Counted from the stretch's first letter, positions 12,380-22,944 are shown. The stretch is DNA of 64,000 nt from an uncultured Chloroflexia bacterium (GCA_963774265.1 CAVZDU010000003.1:160001-224000); one strand, 5' to 3'. The notes: generated from the letters alone by a model not told the origin. Numbers and translations are program-made.

Positions 12380-12911
12380 ATGGCATCCAACGATGATCTG
12401 AACAGCGGCGGGGTGGTCGCCAACCCAGGCCCGTTCGTCGTGTCCCATCCGTGTCCCGCGTGCCACGGGCGGGGTGACATCAACGGGCAGGCTTGTCCCA
12501 CGTGCCATGGCGTCGGTGTGGAGCGGTTCTACCACGGCACGACGGCCGACCTGAACACGGGCGATTTGATCGCAGCCTGGTCATGCTGCCAACTACGGCA
12601 AACTGGACCGGACCACGACCTACGTCTACCTGACCGGCACGTTGGATGCAGCCACCTGGGGGGCGGAATTGGCGCTCGGCGAGGGGCGCGGCAGGATCTA
12701 CCTAGTGGAACCGACCGGCGCAATCGAGGATGACCCGAATCTGACGGACAAGAAGTTCCCAGGCAATCCGACAAAGTCGTTTCGCTCTCGGGAGCCCCTG
12801 CGGGTCATAGGCGAGGTCGTGGGCTGGCAGGGGCACTCCCCCGAGCGGCTCAAGATCATGAAGGATGGCCTCGAGAGGCTCAGGGAACAGGGTGTTGAGC
12901 CAATCGACTGA
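12380..12911 (+). CDS. arr: Rifampin ADP-ribosyltransferase (Arr) with an N-terminal CxxCxGxG zinc-finger extension; apparent +1 frameshift near 12575
   Basis: 'FYHGTTADL..GDLI', 'YVYLTGTLDAATWGAELA.GEGRGRIY.VEPTG..EDDPNLTDKKFPGNPTKSFRSREPLRV.GEV..WQGH'. Confidence 0.9.
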
Positions 12912-12928
12912 CCGCTAGTAGACATGCT

Positions 12929-13026
12929 GGCTAACAAGCGCATCCAGCAGAAAGCGCGCCCCGTCAGGTATGCGCGGTAGGATAGCGCGACAGGGCGCGC
13001 TTCAGCTGATGCGCAACACGTTCGAC
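12929..13026 (+). other. attC site of the arr cassette
   Basis: R'' GGCTAAC to R' GTTCGAC; inner arms GCGCATCCAGCAGAAAGCGCGCCCCGTC / GACAGGGCGCGCTTCAGCTGATGCGC pair with two unpaired bases. Confidence 0.9.
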
Positions 13027-13062
13027 CGGCACCTTCACCGTCAAACACAGAAAGGAGACAGT

Positions 13063-13470
13063 ATGGTTACCCTGGATCGTACAAAAGAGAATCCATGGAG
13101 ACTCAAGACACCTCCCGGTACAGCCGAGTATACGATGCACATGGATGAGAAAGATGGGAAGGCCGTATTGGTCTGTACGGTTGGTTCTACAGTCCTTCTC
13201 TATGATGCGCGGTGTATCGAAGACCTTCATACTATGCTCAAGGCAGCGGGAAACTGGGTGGAACTTGGCGGCACCGATGAGCAGAAGCCGGCAAAGGAGG
13301 GAACGGTGGAAGCCTGGGGCCGTTCACCAGACAACCCAGTCGGCGGCTGGTATGGTTTGAAGAAGGGCCTCCGCGGTAGATTCGGCGTGTACCTTCCTCC
13401 GCTTATGGAAGAGTTGGGCCTGTGCGAGTTGGAGCACAACCCAAGGAACAATCATATGCGGGCAAAGTGA
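13063..13470 (+). CDS. Conserved hypothetical cassette protein (resembles DUF6855 family)
   Basis: AGGAG RBS then ATG 13063; 'PWRLKTPPGT.EY', 'TVEAWGRSPDNPVGGWYGLKKGLRGRFG.Y.PPLME.LGL.ELEHNPRNN'; family name from recall. Confidence 0.65.
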   Translation: MVTLDRTKENPWRLKTPPGTAEYTMHMDEKDGKAVLVCTVGSTVLLYDARCIEDLHTMLKAAGNWVELGGTDEQKPAKEGTVEAWGRSPDNPVGGWYGLKKGLRGRFGVYLPPLMEELGLCELEHNPRNNHMRAK

Positions 13471-13487
13471 CGCCTCTACCTCTGGCC

Positions 13488-13600
13488 CTGACACCAGAAA
13501 CCCTTGTCATCACACCAGAAGTGTTAACCCTGGCCGATGCCTATCAAGCGCAATGGCATTCTGACGCCCAAGTTCTACGCTGATAGGATGCACGTCAAGG
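13488..13600 (+). pseudogene. Probable PIN-domain (VapC-like) gene fragment
   Basis: Reads 'ETLVITPEVLTLADAY / RNGILTPKFYADRMHV' across a frameshift, like the 'LA.AY...GI...K...DA.H' segment of PIN toxins; no start or end. Confidence 0.4.
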
Positions 13601-13681
13601 GGCAGCACGGTTCGCCGTTGTGGGTGGTGCTCGCGTGGGGCGGGGCTGGTCATCGGGGCGGGGCCTAACCTTCGGTTCCAA

Positions 13682-15467
13682 GATTCTGCTGGCAAACACT
13701 AAGCCGCTAACTGTATGGCAGCCAGACAAGCCAGGCTGGGCGGCCGCGTGGTACCAGGGCGATAGCCCATGAGCCACAGGGCCGCGCGTCTGACGTTGAC
13801 GGCGATGGCAATCAGCAGGTTTTGGACGTGTGTTTTGGTGGCGCCCTTGTAGCGCGAGCGGCGAGCGCCATGGGCGCGGATCAGGGCGGAGATGGTGCCT
13901 TCGACGCCCGCCCGCAGGGTGTACTCGGCGTGAAAGTCAGCGGTCTGCTGATGCTGGCGACCGGTCTGCAGGGTCTCGTAGTAGGCCTTGAGTTTGAGTG
14001 TGCGACCCCCCGTCTCACTCCGCGTGCAGCGCTCCCGCACAGGACAGGCGCGGCAGGTGGCTTGTGGAAACTCGATCTGGATTTCGCGCGGCTCAGCGCG
14101 GGCACTGGCCCGCCAGCGATAGGATGTTTGGCCTTGCGGACAGATGGCGTGTTGCTGCTGGTGATCGATGTGGAACTGATCCAGGGTGATGCCACCCTGC
14201 GTATGGGCTTGCCAACTGACATCGGCGGGCAGGGGGCCGATCAGGCGCACCCCGTAGTCGGCGGCGCTGTCAACGACGTTGCGTCCCGAGGTGTAACCGC
14301 CATCGACCCAATGGGCGCTGGGCAGCAGAGCGCGTCGCTGCAGGTCGGCATGAATCTTGGGGAGCAGTTCGACATCGCGCTCGGCGGTGGAGGTCGTTGC
14401 CACATGGGTGATCAGGTGCGGCTGGTCGTGGTCGCAGGTCTCGGTCCAATGCACGGCGTAGCCGGTCCACGCCTGGGCATCATGCGCCGTGAAACGCGCC
14501 TCTGGATCATGCGGAGTGACAATGACCTGCCCAGCTGGAGGCTTATCAGCCTTGGCGCGCCAGCGCGGCCCATCCGCAGGGCGTTCGAATTGCTGCGTCC
14601 AGACCTCGGCCAAGACAACCACCGCCGGCAAGGTCGCCGCCTGGCTGGGCACGTCCGCTCGCTGCAGGGCGTCCAGCAGATGATAACCGTCCCGCCCGAT
14701 GTCCAGGGCCAGCGCCGCCTGCTTCTCCTTGGTGCGCGGCAGCCGAAAGCCGGTCAGCACCAGACCATAGCGCGCGGACCAATGTGGCAGGGCAATCGTC
14801 CGCAACCAGGCCGGCCGGTACTCGGACAGCGCTTCCAGCGCCAGCCGGACCGTCTCGGCCACCAACTGCAGCCGGTTCAGCAACTGCGTCGCCGCCAGCA
14901 CGGCCGCCGAATCGGTGCGTTGCCGGCCCCCCTTCTTGAGCAGGTTCAAAGCCACCAAGCGCTTCAGCACGTGTTCAAACATATCTTGGGCGCGCTCGTG
15001 TGCGGCCAGTCGTTGCCGAAACTCGCTCAGCACCGAGCTATCGAAGCCCGTGTCCTCCAAGGCCAGATGCAGAGCATATTTCCAGTCAATGCGCGAGCGC
15101 ACGGCGTCAGCCGCTTCGCTATCGGGCAGGTTCTCCATGAACTGGAAGATCGTGACCAAAGCCAGCAGATTGGGCGACAGTGCCGGCGCACCGTCGGCGG
15201 CGTACAGGGCTGCAAAATCCAGGCCCTCGAAGAGGTTGCCCAGATGGTCGCCAATCGTCACGTAGATGTTGCCCTTACGTCTGAATGCCGCCTTCGCAAC
15301 ACGCGCGGTCGCCTCCGGCAGGATGGGAAATGATGCGGCGGGTAGTGACATGCAGAACCTCCGGCTGAACATAGGCTTGCTAGCGTGCGGCCCACACTAC
15401 CCGCCCCGCTCTGTTTTGTCAACGCCGTCGCACGCCACTTCAGCCCTAGCTGTTTGCCAGCAGAATC
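13682..15467 (-). mobile_element. IS1182-family insertion sequence
   Basis: Terminal IRs GATTCTGCTGGCAAACA / TGTTTGCCAGCAGAATC; flanking TTCCAA duplication (13676-13681, 15468-15473; or TCCA if the IR is 1 nt longer). Confidence 0.9.
13699..15351 (-). CDS. IS1182-family DDE transposase
   Basis: 'LVTIFQFMENLPD.EAADAVRSRIDWKYAL', 'FD.SVLSEFR.RL', 'RTDS', 'VDGGY', 'CPQG', 'C..CP....C', 'Y.LRAGVEGTIS'. Confidence 0.9.
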   Translation of the reverse strand: MSLPAASFPILPEATARVAKAAFRRKGNIYVTIGDHLGNLFEGLDFAALYAADGAPALSPNLLALVTIFQFMENLPDSEAADAVRSRIDWKYALHLALEDTGFDSSVLSEFRQRLAAHERAQDMFEHVLKRLVALNLLKKGGRQRTDSAAVLAATQLLNRLQLVAETVRLALEALSEYRPAWLRTIALPHWSARYGLVLTGFRLPRTKEKQAALALDIGRDGYHLLDALQRADVPSQAATLPAVVVLAEVWTQQFERPADGPRWRAKADKPPAGQVIVTPHDPEARFTAHDAQAWTGYAVHWTETCDHDQPHLITHVATTSTAERDVELLPKIHADLQRRALLPSAHWVDGGYTSGRNVVDSAADYGVRLIGPLPADVSWQAHTQGGITLDQFHIDHQQQHAICPQGQTSYRWRASARAEPREIQIEFPQATCRACPVRERCTRSETGGRTLKLKAYYETLQTGRQHQQTADFHAEYTLRAGVEGTISALIRAHGARRSRYKGATKTHVQNLLIAIAVNVRRAALWLMGYRPGTTRPPSLACLAAIQLAA

Positions 15468-15479
15468 TTCCAACTGACG

Positions 15480-15723
15480 GCTGGCCGAAGAAGGGCAACT
15501 GGCTGAGGCGGAAGCGGTCGCGTCAAAGCGAGTGCTGGCGTTTCAGATCGCCAAGCTGATGGCAGAACAGCAGTTGACGAAGGCGGAGATGGCGCGCCGC
15601 ATGAACACAAGCCGTGCGGCGGTAGATGGGTTGCTGGATTCTGACACTGAATCGGCCACGCTGGCAACTCTGGAAAAGGCAGCGGCCGCGCTTGGACGCA
15701 GGCTGCACATTGCTTTGGTGTAG
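15480..15723 (+). pseudogene. XRE/HigA-like HTH antitoxin, 5'-truncated
   Basis: 'LAEEGQLAEAEAVASKRVLAFQIAKLMAEQQLTKAEMARRMNTSRAAVDGLLD....ATLATLEKAAAALGRRLHIALV'; no start codon or RBS for the conserved N-terminus. Confidence 0.7.
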
Positions 15724-15882
15724 TGGTTGGGTTCGAGGCCACGGGCCTAACGGCCACCGCTCCAGCCGCCGCCAAAGCCACGATAACTGTTCAAATACCG
15801 GGCAAGGGCGATCAAGAGGAATCACGCGGACCTGATTTCGAGGAGCAAAGAACGGGGCAGAAAAATAAGCAGAAGAAGACTA

Positions 15883-15983
15883 TTGCATCAGACGTTTGGG
15901 TTGACGCTAATTGTGTTATTGCTAGCTGGGTGCGGCGGAGCGCCAGCCGAGCCGACTGCTACGCCGCCCCCCATTCCATCGTC
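15883..15983 (+). pseudogene. Lipoprotein N-terminal fragment truncated by the right 85-bp repeat
   Basis: Lipobox 'LLLAGC' then 'GGAPAEPTATPPP', after which the frame enters the repeat. Confidence 0.55.
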
Positions 15984-16068
15984 GCATCCGCACGGTGTTC
16001 AAAATTGTGGTACACTGCCAACTGAAACTGTTCCAACTGCGGGAAGGTGTTTGTGTTCATCCCCCCAC
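15984..16068 (+). repeat. 85-bp repeat, right copy
   Basis: GCATCCGCACGG...TGTGGTACACT...GGGAAGGTGTTTGTGTTCATCCCCCCAC; inverted copy at 11929..12013. Confidence 0.95.
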
Positions 16069-16161
16069 CGTGGAGCAGTTTCGTGAATCACGTCAATTCT
16101 GGCGATGCACCCGTCACAGCAACGATTGTCCAAAGTCCAGTCTTCTCCCACGTGGCTCGTT

Positions 16162-16189
16162 TTGTATTTCACAAGGCCGGTGTTACACT
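16162..16189 (+). promoter_or_regulatory. Putative sigma70 promoter of the selenium-related operon
   Basis: TTGTAT (16162-16167), 16-nt spacer, extended -10 TG-t-TACACT (16181-16189). Confidence 0.55.
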
Positions 16190-16253
16190 CATTGCATCGG
16201 ACCTTCCGGGTTCTGTGGCCCGATTTCCGCACCAAACCATCAGGAGCGCAGTC

Positions 16254-16358
16254 GTGTCCTTGCATCACCGCCAAACCTGACCCACCACCCGGATCGCCGG
16301 CCGGCGATCACGGGGTGATCCACATACGTGGGCCGGCGGCGGTGACGCCCCGCCCTGA
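16254..16358 (+). CDS. Putative leader peptide MSLHHRQT-UGA (possible Sec readthrough to the next UGA at 16356)
   Basis: AGGAG at 16242-16246, GTG at 16254, TGA at 16278-16280 followed by hairpin GATCGCC-GGCC-GGCGATC. Confidence 0.6.
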
Positions 16359-16382
16359 TCTGGCCTGGCATCTCCCGCCTGA

Positions 16383-16416
16383 GCCGTCGCCCGCGTATGT
16401 GAGCGACGGTTTTTTG
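16383..16416 (+). terminator. Intrinsic terminator in the leader (attenuator)
   Basis: GCCGTCGC-c-CGC gtat GTG-a-GCGACGGT then a T run, about 20 nt before the RBS/ATG of the desulfurase gene. Confidence 0.85.
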
Positions 16417-16437
16417 TTGTCCACTTCAGGAGCGGGA

Positions 16438-17634
16438 ATGATCTACTTCGACAACGCAGCCACGTCCTGGCCCAAGCCGCCCTGCGTGGCCGAGGCGATG
16501 ACACACTACCTGGCCGAAATCGGCGCCAACCCGGGCCGGTCCGGCCACCGCCTGGCTGTCGATGCGGCACGCGTGATTTACAGCGCACGCGAGGCCGTGG
16601 CCGAATTGTTCGGCGCGCCCGACCCCCTGCGGGTGGTCTTTGGCGCGAACGCGACTGAGGCGCTCAACCTGGCGCTGAACGGGCTCCTGACGCCGGGCGA
16701 CCATGTGATCACGGCCAGCATGGAGCACAACTCCGTGATGCGGCCACTGCGCAACCTGGAGCGCCAGGGCGTGGCGCTGACAGTGGTGCGCTGCTCGCCC
16801 CAGGGTGAGCTCAATCCGGAGGAGCTTGAGGCGGCTATCCGGCCGGACACCCGGCTGATCGTCCTCAACCACGCATCCAACGTCACCGGCACGCTCCTGC
16901 CGGTGGCGGAGGTGGGGCATATCGCTCGATCCCGTGGGATCCCACGATCTCGTGGGATCCCACGATCCCACGGCATCCTGCTGCTGGTCGACGCGGCGCA
17001 GACCGCGGGCGCTTACCCCATCGACGTGCAGGCCGACGCCATCGACCTGCTCGCGTTCAGCGGCCACAAGTCGCTGTACGGGCCGATGGGCACGGGTGGA
17101 CTGGTCATCGGCGAGCGGGTTGATGAGTCGCAGCTTGCGCCACTGAAGCGCGGGGGCACGGGCAGCCGCTCGGAGTACGAAGAGCAGCCCGAGTTTCTGC
17201 CCGACCTGTGCGAGAGCGGGACGCCCAACGCGGTCGGGCTGGCCGGCCTGGCCGCCGGCACGCGCTGGGTCCTGGCGCAGGGGATGGACCACATCCGATC
17301 GCACGAGGTGGCCCTGACCGGGCGGTTGCTGGCCGGGCTCGATGCCATCCCCGGCGTCACTGTCTATGGCACGGGCGATGCTCAGCGCCAGACCGCCACG
17401 GTGTCCTTCAACATCGCCGGCATCGAACCGTCTGAGGTCGGGTTGCGCCTGGACGATGAGTACGGGATCATGTGCCGCGTTGGGCTGCACTGTTCGCCGG
17501 CCGCGCACCGCACCTTGGGCACCTTCCCCTCTGGGACGGTGCGCTTCGGGCTGGGTGTGTTCAACACGGCTGAGGAAGTGGGGGCCGCGCTGGACGCAGT
17601 GGCCTCCCTGGCGCAGGAGGCGCGCTTCGCGTGA
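16438..17634 (+). CDS. Cysteine desulfurase/selenocysteine lyase family (class V PLP enzyme, selenium-operon type)
   Basis: 'IYFDNAATSWPKP', 'NHASNVTG', 'DAAQTAG', 'SGHKSLYGP.GTG', 'CRVGLHC'; AGGAG RBS before ATG 16438. Confidence 0.92.
   Translation: MIYFDNAATSWPKPPCVAEAMTHYLAEIGANPGRSGHRLAVDAARVIYSAREAVAELFGAPDPLRVVFGANATEALNLALNGLLTPGDHVITASMEHNSVMRPLRNLERQGVALTVVRCSPQGELNPEELEAAIRPDTRLIVLNHASNVTGTLLPVAEVGHIARSRGIPRSRGIPRSHGILLLVDAAQTAGAYPIDVQADAIDLLAFSGHKSLYGPMGTGGLVIGERVDESQLAPLKRGGTGSRSEYEEQPEFLPDLCESGTPNAVGLAGLAAGTRWVLAQGMDHIRSHEVALTGRLLAGLDAIPGVTVYGTGDAQRQTATVSFNIAGIEPSEVGLRLDDEYGIMCRVGLHCSPAAHRTLGTFPSGTVRFGLGVFNTAEEVGAALDAVASLAQEARFA
16927..16978 (+). repeat. In-frame 18-bp tandem triplication (SRGIPR)
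   Basis: cgatcccgtgggatccca / cgatctcgtgggatccca / cgatcccacggcatcc. Confidence 0.9.
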
Positions 17635-17858
17635 GCGGGGAAGGCTACGCAGTCATCCTGGTTTATTCCACCAGCCATGCCATGCGCATCGAAAAGCTGC
17701 TGGCGGAGCGGGGGATCACCTGCAAGATGATCCCCGTCCCGCGGCGGATCAGTTCCGATTGCGGGGTCTGCGTCCGCATCCTGCGCTCTCAGGTCGAGGC
17801 TGCCCGCATGACCGTACAGGATGCCAGGATCGAAATCCAGGACATCGTCGATGTTTGA
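17631..17858 (+). CDS. DUF3343 small putative Se/S carrier protein
   Basis: 'STSHAMR.EK.L', 'IPVPRRISSDCG'; start overlaps the upstream stop (GTGA). Confidence 0.85.
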   Translation: MSGEGYAVILVYSTSHAMRIEKLLAERGITCKMIPVPRRISSDCGVCVRILRSQVEAARMTVQDARIEIQDIVDV

Positions 17859-17876
17859 ACATAACGGAGGTGAACA

Positions 17877-18275
17877 GTGAAGTCTGACGCGCAAGTTCAG
17901 CAGGCGGCTGGCCATGCTGTCGATATCGGGTCTGCCGGCGGATCGTCGGTGCTGCTCGTCGCCAGCGAAATCGTTGGCCGCGGCGATGAAGAACTGGGGC
18001 ATATCCTGGTTCGGAGTTTCTTCCATGCCCTGGGTGAAGTGCAGCCGCTGCCCGACACGATTATCTTTCTCAACAGCGGAGTCAAGCTCGTCGCGGCCGG
18101 TTCGCCTGTGGTGGCTGACCTTTCTGGCCTGAGCGATCGAGGGGTCGCCATTCTCGCGTGCGGCACCTGCCTGGGTTACTATGAGTTGAAGGACAAGGTC
18201 GCGGTCGGGGAGATCTCCAACATGTACGCGATTGCTGAGACCTTGCTGAGCGCCAGGAAAGTGATCAGCCTGTGA
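17877..18275 (+). CDS. yedF: YedF-like selenium metabolism protein (DsrE-fold domain)
   Basis: 'GRGDEELG.IL..SF', 'IIFLNSGVKL', 'ACGTCL.YY', 'VGEISNMY.I'. Confidence 0.8.
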   Translation: MKSDAQVQQAAGHAVDIGSAGGSSVLLVASEIVGRGDEELGHILVRSFFHALGEVQPLPDTIIFLNSGVKLVAAGSPVVADLSGLSDRGVAILACGTCLGYYELKDKVAVGEISNMYAIAETLLSARKVISL

Positions 18276-18345
18276 CCAAGGGGTGAGTCTGCATTGCCCT
18301 TGCGCCCTGGGCCGAGCGCCCTATAATGGGTCGTGAGGAGCGTAC

Positions 18346-19245
18346 ATGACCTTCGTCCGCGAGATCGAGGCCAGGACTTTGCTGAGCGCCGCGAAGACGC
18401 CGGACCCCTGGTTCGGCATCAAGTACACGATGAACCTCTACCGCGGCTGCCAGCATCGCTGCATCTATTGTGACAGCCGCAGCGAGTGTTACGGGATCGC
18501 GGATTTCGATGGCGAGCTGCTGGTCAAGACCAACGCGCTGGACCTGCTGGGCAAGGAGCTCAAGCGCAAGCGCGTGAAGGGCTACGTGGGTACGGGCTCG
18601 ATGAACGACCCCTACATGCCTGCGGAGTGCGAGTTGCGGCTCACGCGCGGCGCACTGGAGATCCTTGCCGAGCACGCCTTCCCGGTTCATGTGCTGACCA
18701 AGAGCGACCTGGTGCTGCGAGATGCGGATCTGCTGGCTGAGCTGGAACGCCGCGCCGCGTCCCCCGAGTCTCCCGGTGCAGTGATCAGCTTCACGATCAC
18801 CACGGCGGACGACGACCTTGCACGCCAGTTGGAGCCGGGTGCACCCTCGCCCTCGCGCCGGTTTGCGGCGCTGGAAGCGCTATCGAAACGGGGACTGTGC
18901 ACCGGTGTCATGCTCATGCCGGTGTTGCCCTTTCTGGAGGATGCGCCGGAGAGCGTGGCGGAGGTTGTGCGGCGGGCTGCCGGGTGCGGCGCGCACCATG
19001 TCGTGCCCGCCTTCGGAGTCACCTTGCGCGACCGCCAGCGCGACCACTTTTACCGGGAGTTGGAGGCCCGATTCCCCGGCGTTCGTGAACGCTACGAGCG
19101 GAGCTTCGGAACCCGTTATCAGGCCTCTGCGCGCAATACCGCGAGGCTGGAGGCCGTCTTCGCCGAGCTGGCCGCGCGTCATGGCCTGGCCCGCCGCGTC
19201 GCCCCGTGGGTCCCACCGGGTCCGGAGCAGCTGGCGCTGCTCTAG
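18346..19245 (+). CDS. Radical SAM protein (SplB/Rv2578c-like)
   Basis: 'NLYRGCQHRCIYCD' CxxxCxxC, 'GSMNDPY.P.E', 'LTKSDLVLRD'. Confidence 0.88.
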   Translation: MTFVREIEARTLLSAAKTPDPWFGIKYTMNLYRGCQHRCIYCDSRSECYGIADFDGELLVKTNALDLLGKELKRKRVKGYVGTGSMNDPYMPAECELRLTRGALEILAEHAFPVHVLTKSDLVLRDADLLAELERRAASPESPGAVISFTITTADDDLARQLEPGAPSPSRRFAALEALSKRGLCTGVMLMPVLPFLEDAPESVAEVVRRAAGCGAHHVVPAFGVTLRDRQRDHFYRELEARFPGVRERYERSFGTRYQASARNTARLEAVFAELAARHGLARRVAPWVPPGPEQLALL

Positions 19246-19247
19246 GA

Positions 19248-19295
19248 AGGTGCCCGGCACCGCGATCCTGCGGATCGTTGAAGTGCCGGGCACCT
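19248..19295. repeat. 13-bp inverted repeat between convergent genes (REP-like or bidirectional terminator)
   Basis: AGGTGCCCGGCAC ... GTGCCGGGCACCT. Confidence 0.75.
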
Positions 19296-19301
19296 CCTTA
19301 A

Positions 19302-20515
19302 CTACAGCCCCGCAGCCTTCTTCAGCGCGGCCACCTTGTCCAGCTTCTCCCACGGCGCGTCGATGTCGGTGCGGCCGAAGTGGCCGTACGCCGCAGTCGC
19401 CTGGTAGATCGGCCGGCGCAGGTCCAGGTCGCGGATGATCGCGGCCGGGCGCAGGTCAAAGTTGATCGTGGATCAGCTGGACGATGCACTCGTCGCTGAC
19501 CTTGCCGGTCCCGAACGTTTCGACGGCGATGCTCACGGGGCGGGCCACGCCGATCGCGTAGCTGACCTGGATCTCCAGGCGGTCGGCGACGCCCGCGGCG
19601 ACCAGGTTCTTGGCGACGTAGCGCATCATATAGGATGCGGAGCGGTCAACCTTCGTCGGGTCCTTGCCCGAGAAGCAGCCGCCACCGTGGCGGGCTACGC
19701 CGCCGTAGGTGTCCACGATGATCTTGCGACCGGTCAGGCCGGTGTCGCCGGCAGGACCACCGATCACGAATCGGCCGGTCGGGTTGATGTAGATCTTGGT
19801 GTGCCTTATCGAGATAGCCGTTGGGCACGACGTACTTGATCACCCGGTCGTACATGTCCTTCTCGATCTTGGCATGGTCGACGTCGGGGCTGTGCTGCGT
19901 CGAGATGACGATCGTGTCCACGCGGACCGGCTTGCCGTTGTGGTACTCGACCGTGACCTGGCTCTTGCCGTCGGGCCGCAGGTACGGCAGGGTGCCGTCC
20001 TTGCGCACGGCTGCGAGGCGCCGGCAGAGCTTGTGCGCGAGGTCGATCGACAGCGGCATGTAGCTCTCGGTCTCGTTGCACGCAAACCCGAACATCATGC
20101 CCTGGTCGCCCGCGCCGGTCGCCTCGATCAGCGCATCGGCCGCCTCGCCGTGCTTGGTCTCCCAGTTCTGGTCCACGCCGAGCGCGATGTCGGGGCTCTG
20201 CTCTTTGATGCTCACCATCACGCCGCAGGTGTCGGCATCGAAACCGTACTTGGCGCGGGTGTAGCCGATCTCGCGCACGGTGTCGCGTACGACGGCCGGG
20301 ATGTCCACGTATGTCTTGGTCGTGATCTCGCCCATCACGACGACCATGCCGGTCGTCGCGAAGGTCTCGCACGCCACGCGGGCGTTCGGGTCGTCTTTGA
20401 TGATCGAATCCAGGACGGCATCCGAGATCTGGTCGCACATCTTGTCCGGGTGACCCTCGGTCACCGATTCCGAGGTGAAGAAGAACTTCGGCGAACTTGC
20501 GAAGGTGGTTGTCAT
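19302..20515 (-). CDS. metK: S-adenosylmethionine synthetase (apparent frameshifts)
   Basis: '[13 protein letters not shown]', 'GAGDQG', '[21 protein letters not shown]', '[16 protein letters not shown]' spread over several frames. Confidence 0.95.
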
Positions 20516-20621
20516 GGACTAGCTCCTCTTGGAGATGTATTGCACGATCGAAGATTGAAGATCGACGAAGTACTGGAAGGTGAGCGGCAAATCTTCCATC
20601 TTCCATCTGTTCTTCTTCAAC

Positions 20622-22944
<2,323 letters not shown>

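Noticed and set aside
13822-15333. Long antisense ORFs (e.g. 13822..15333, 31737..33425, 45975..47588, 23174..24538)
   Set aside because: These are shadow frames of GC-rich genes on the opposite strand, with no recognisable motifs.
16014-16043. attC-like motif inside the 85-bp repeat (GCCAAC...GTTCCAACTG)
   Set aside because: It resembles the half-site at 13663, but the spacer is 2 nt longer and no complementary right arm is visible; too weak to call.
16105-16437. 111-aa N-terminal extension of the cysteine desulfurase (ORF from 16105)
   Set aside because: Family similarity starts at MIYFDNAAT with its own RBS; the upstream region holds the promoter, leader and terminator.
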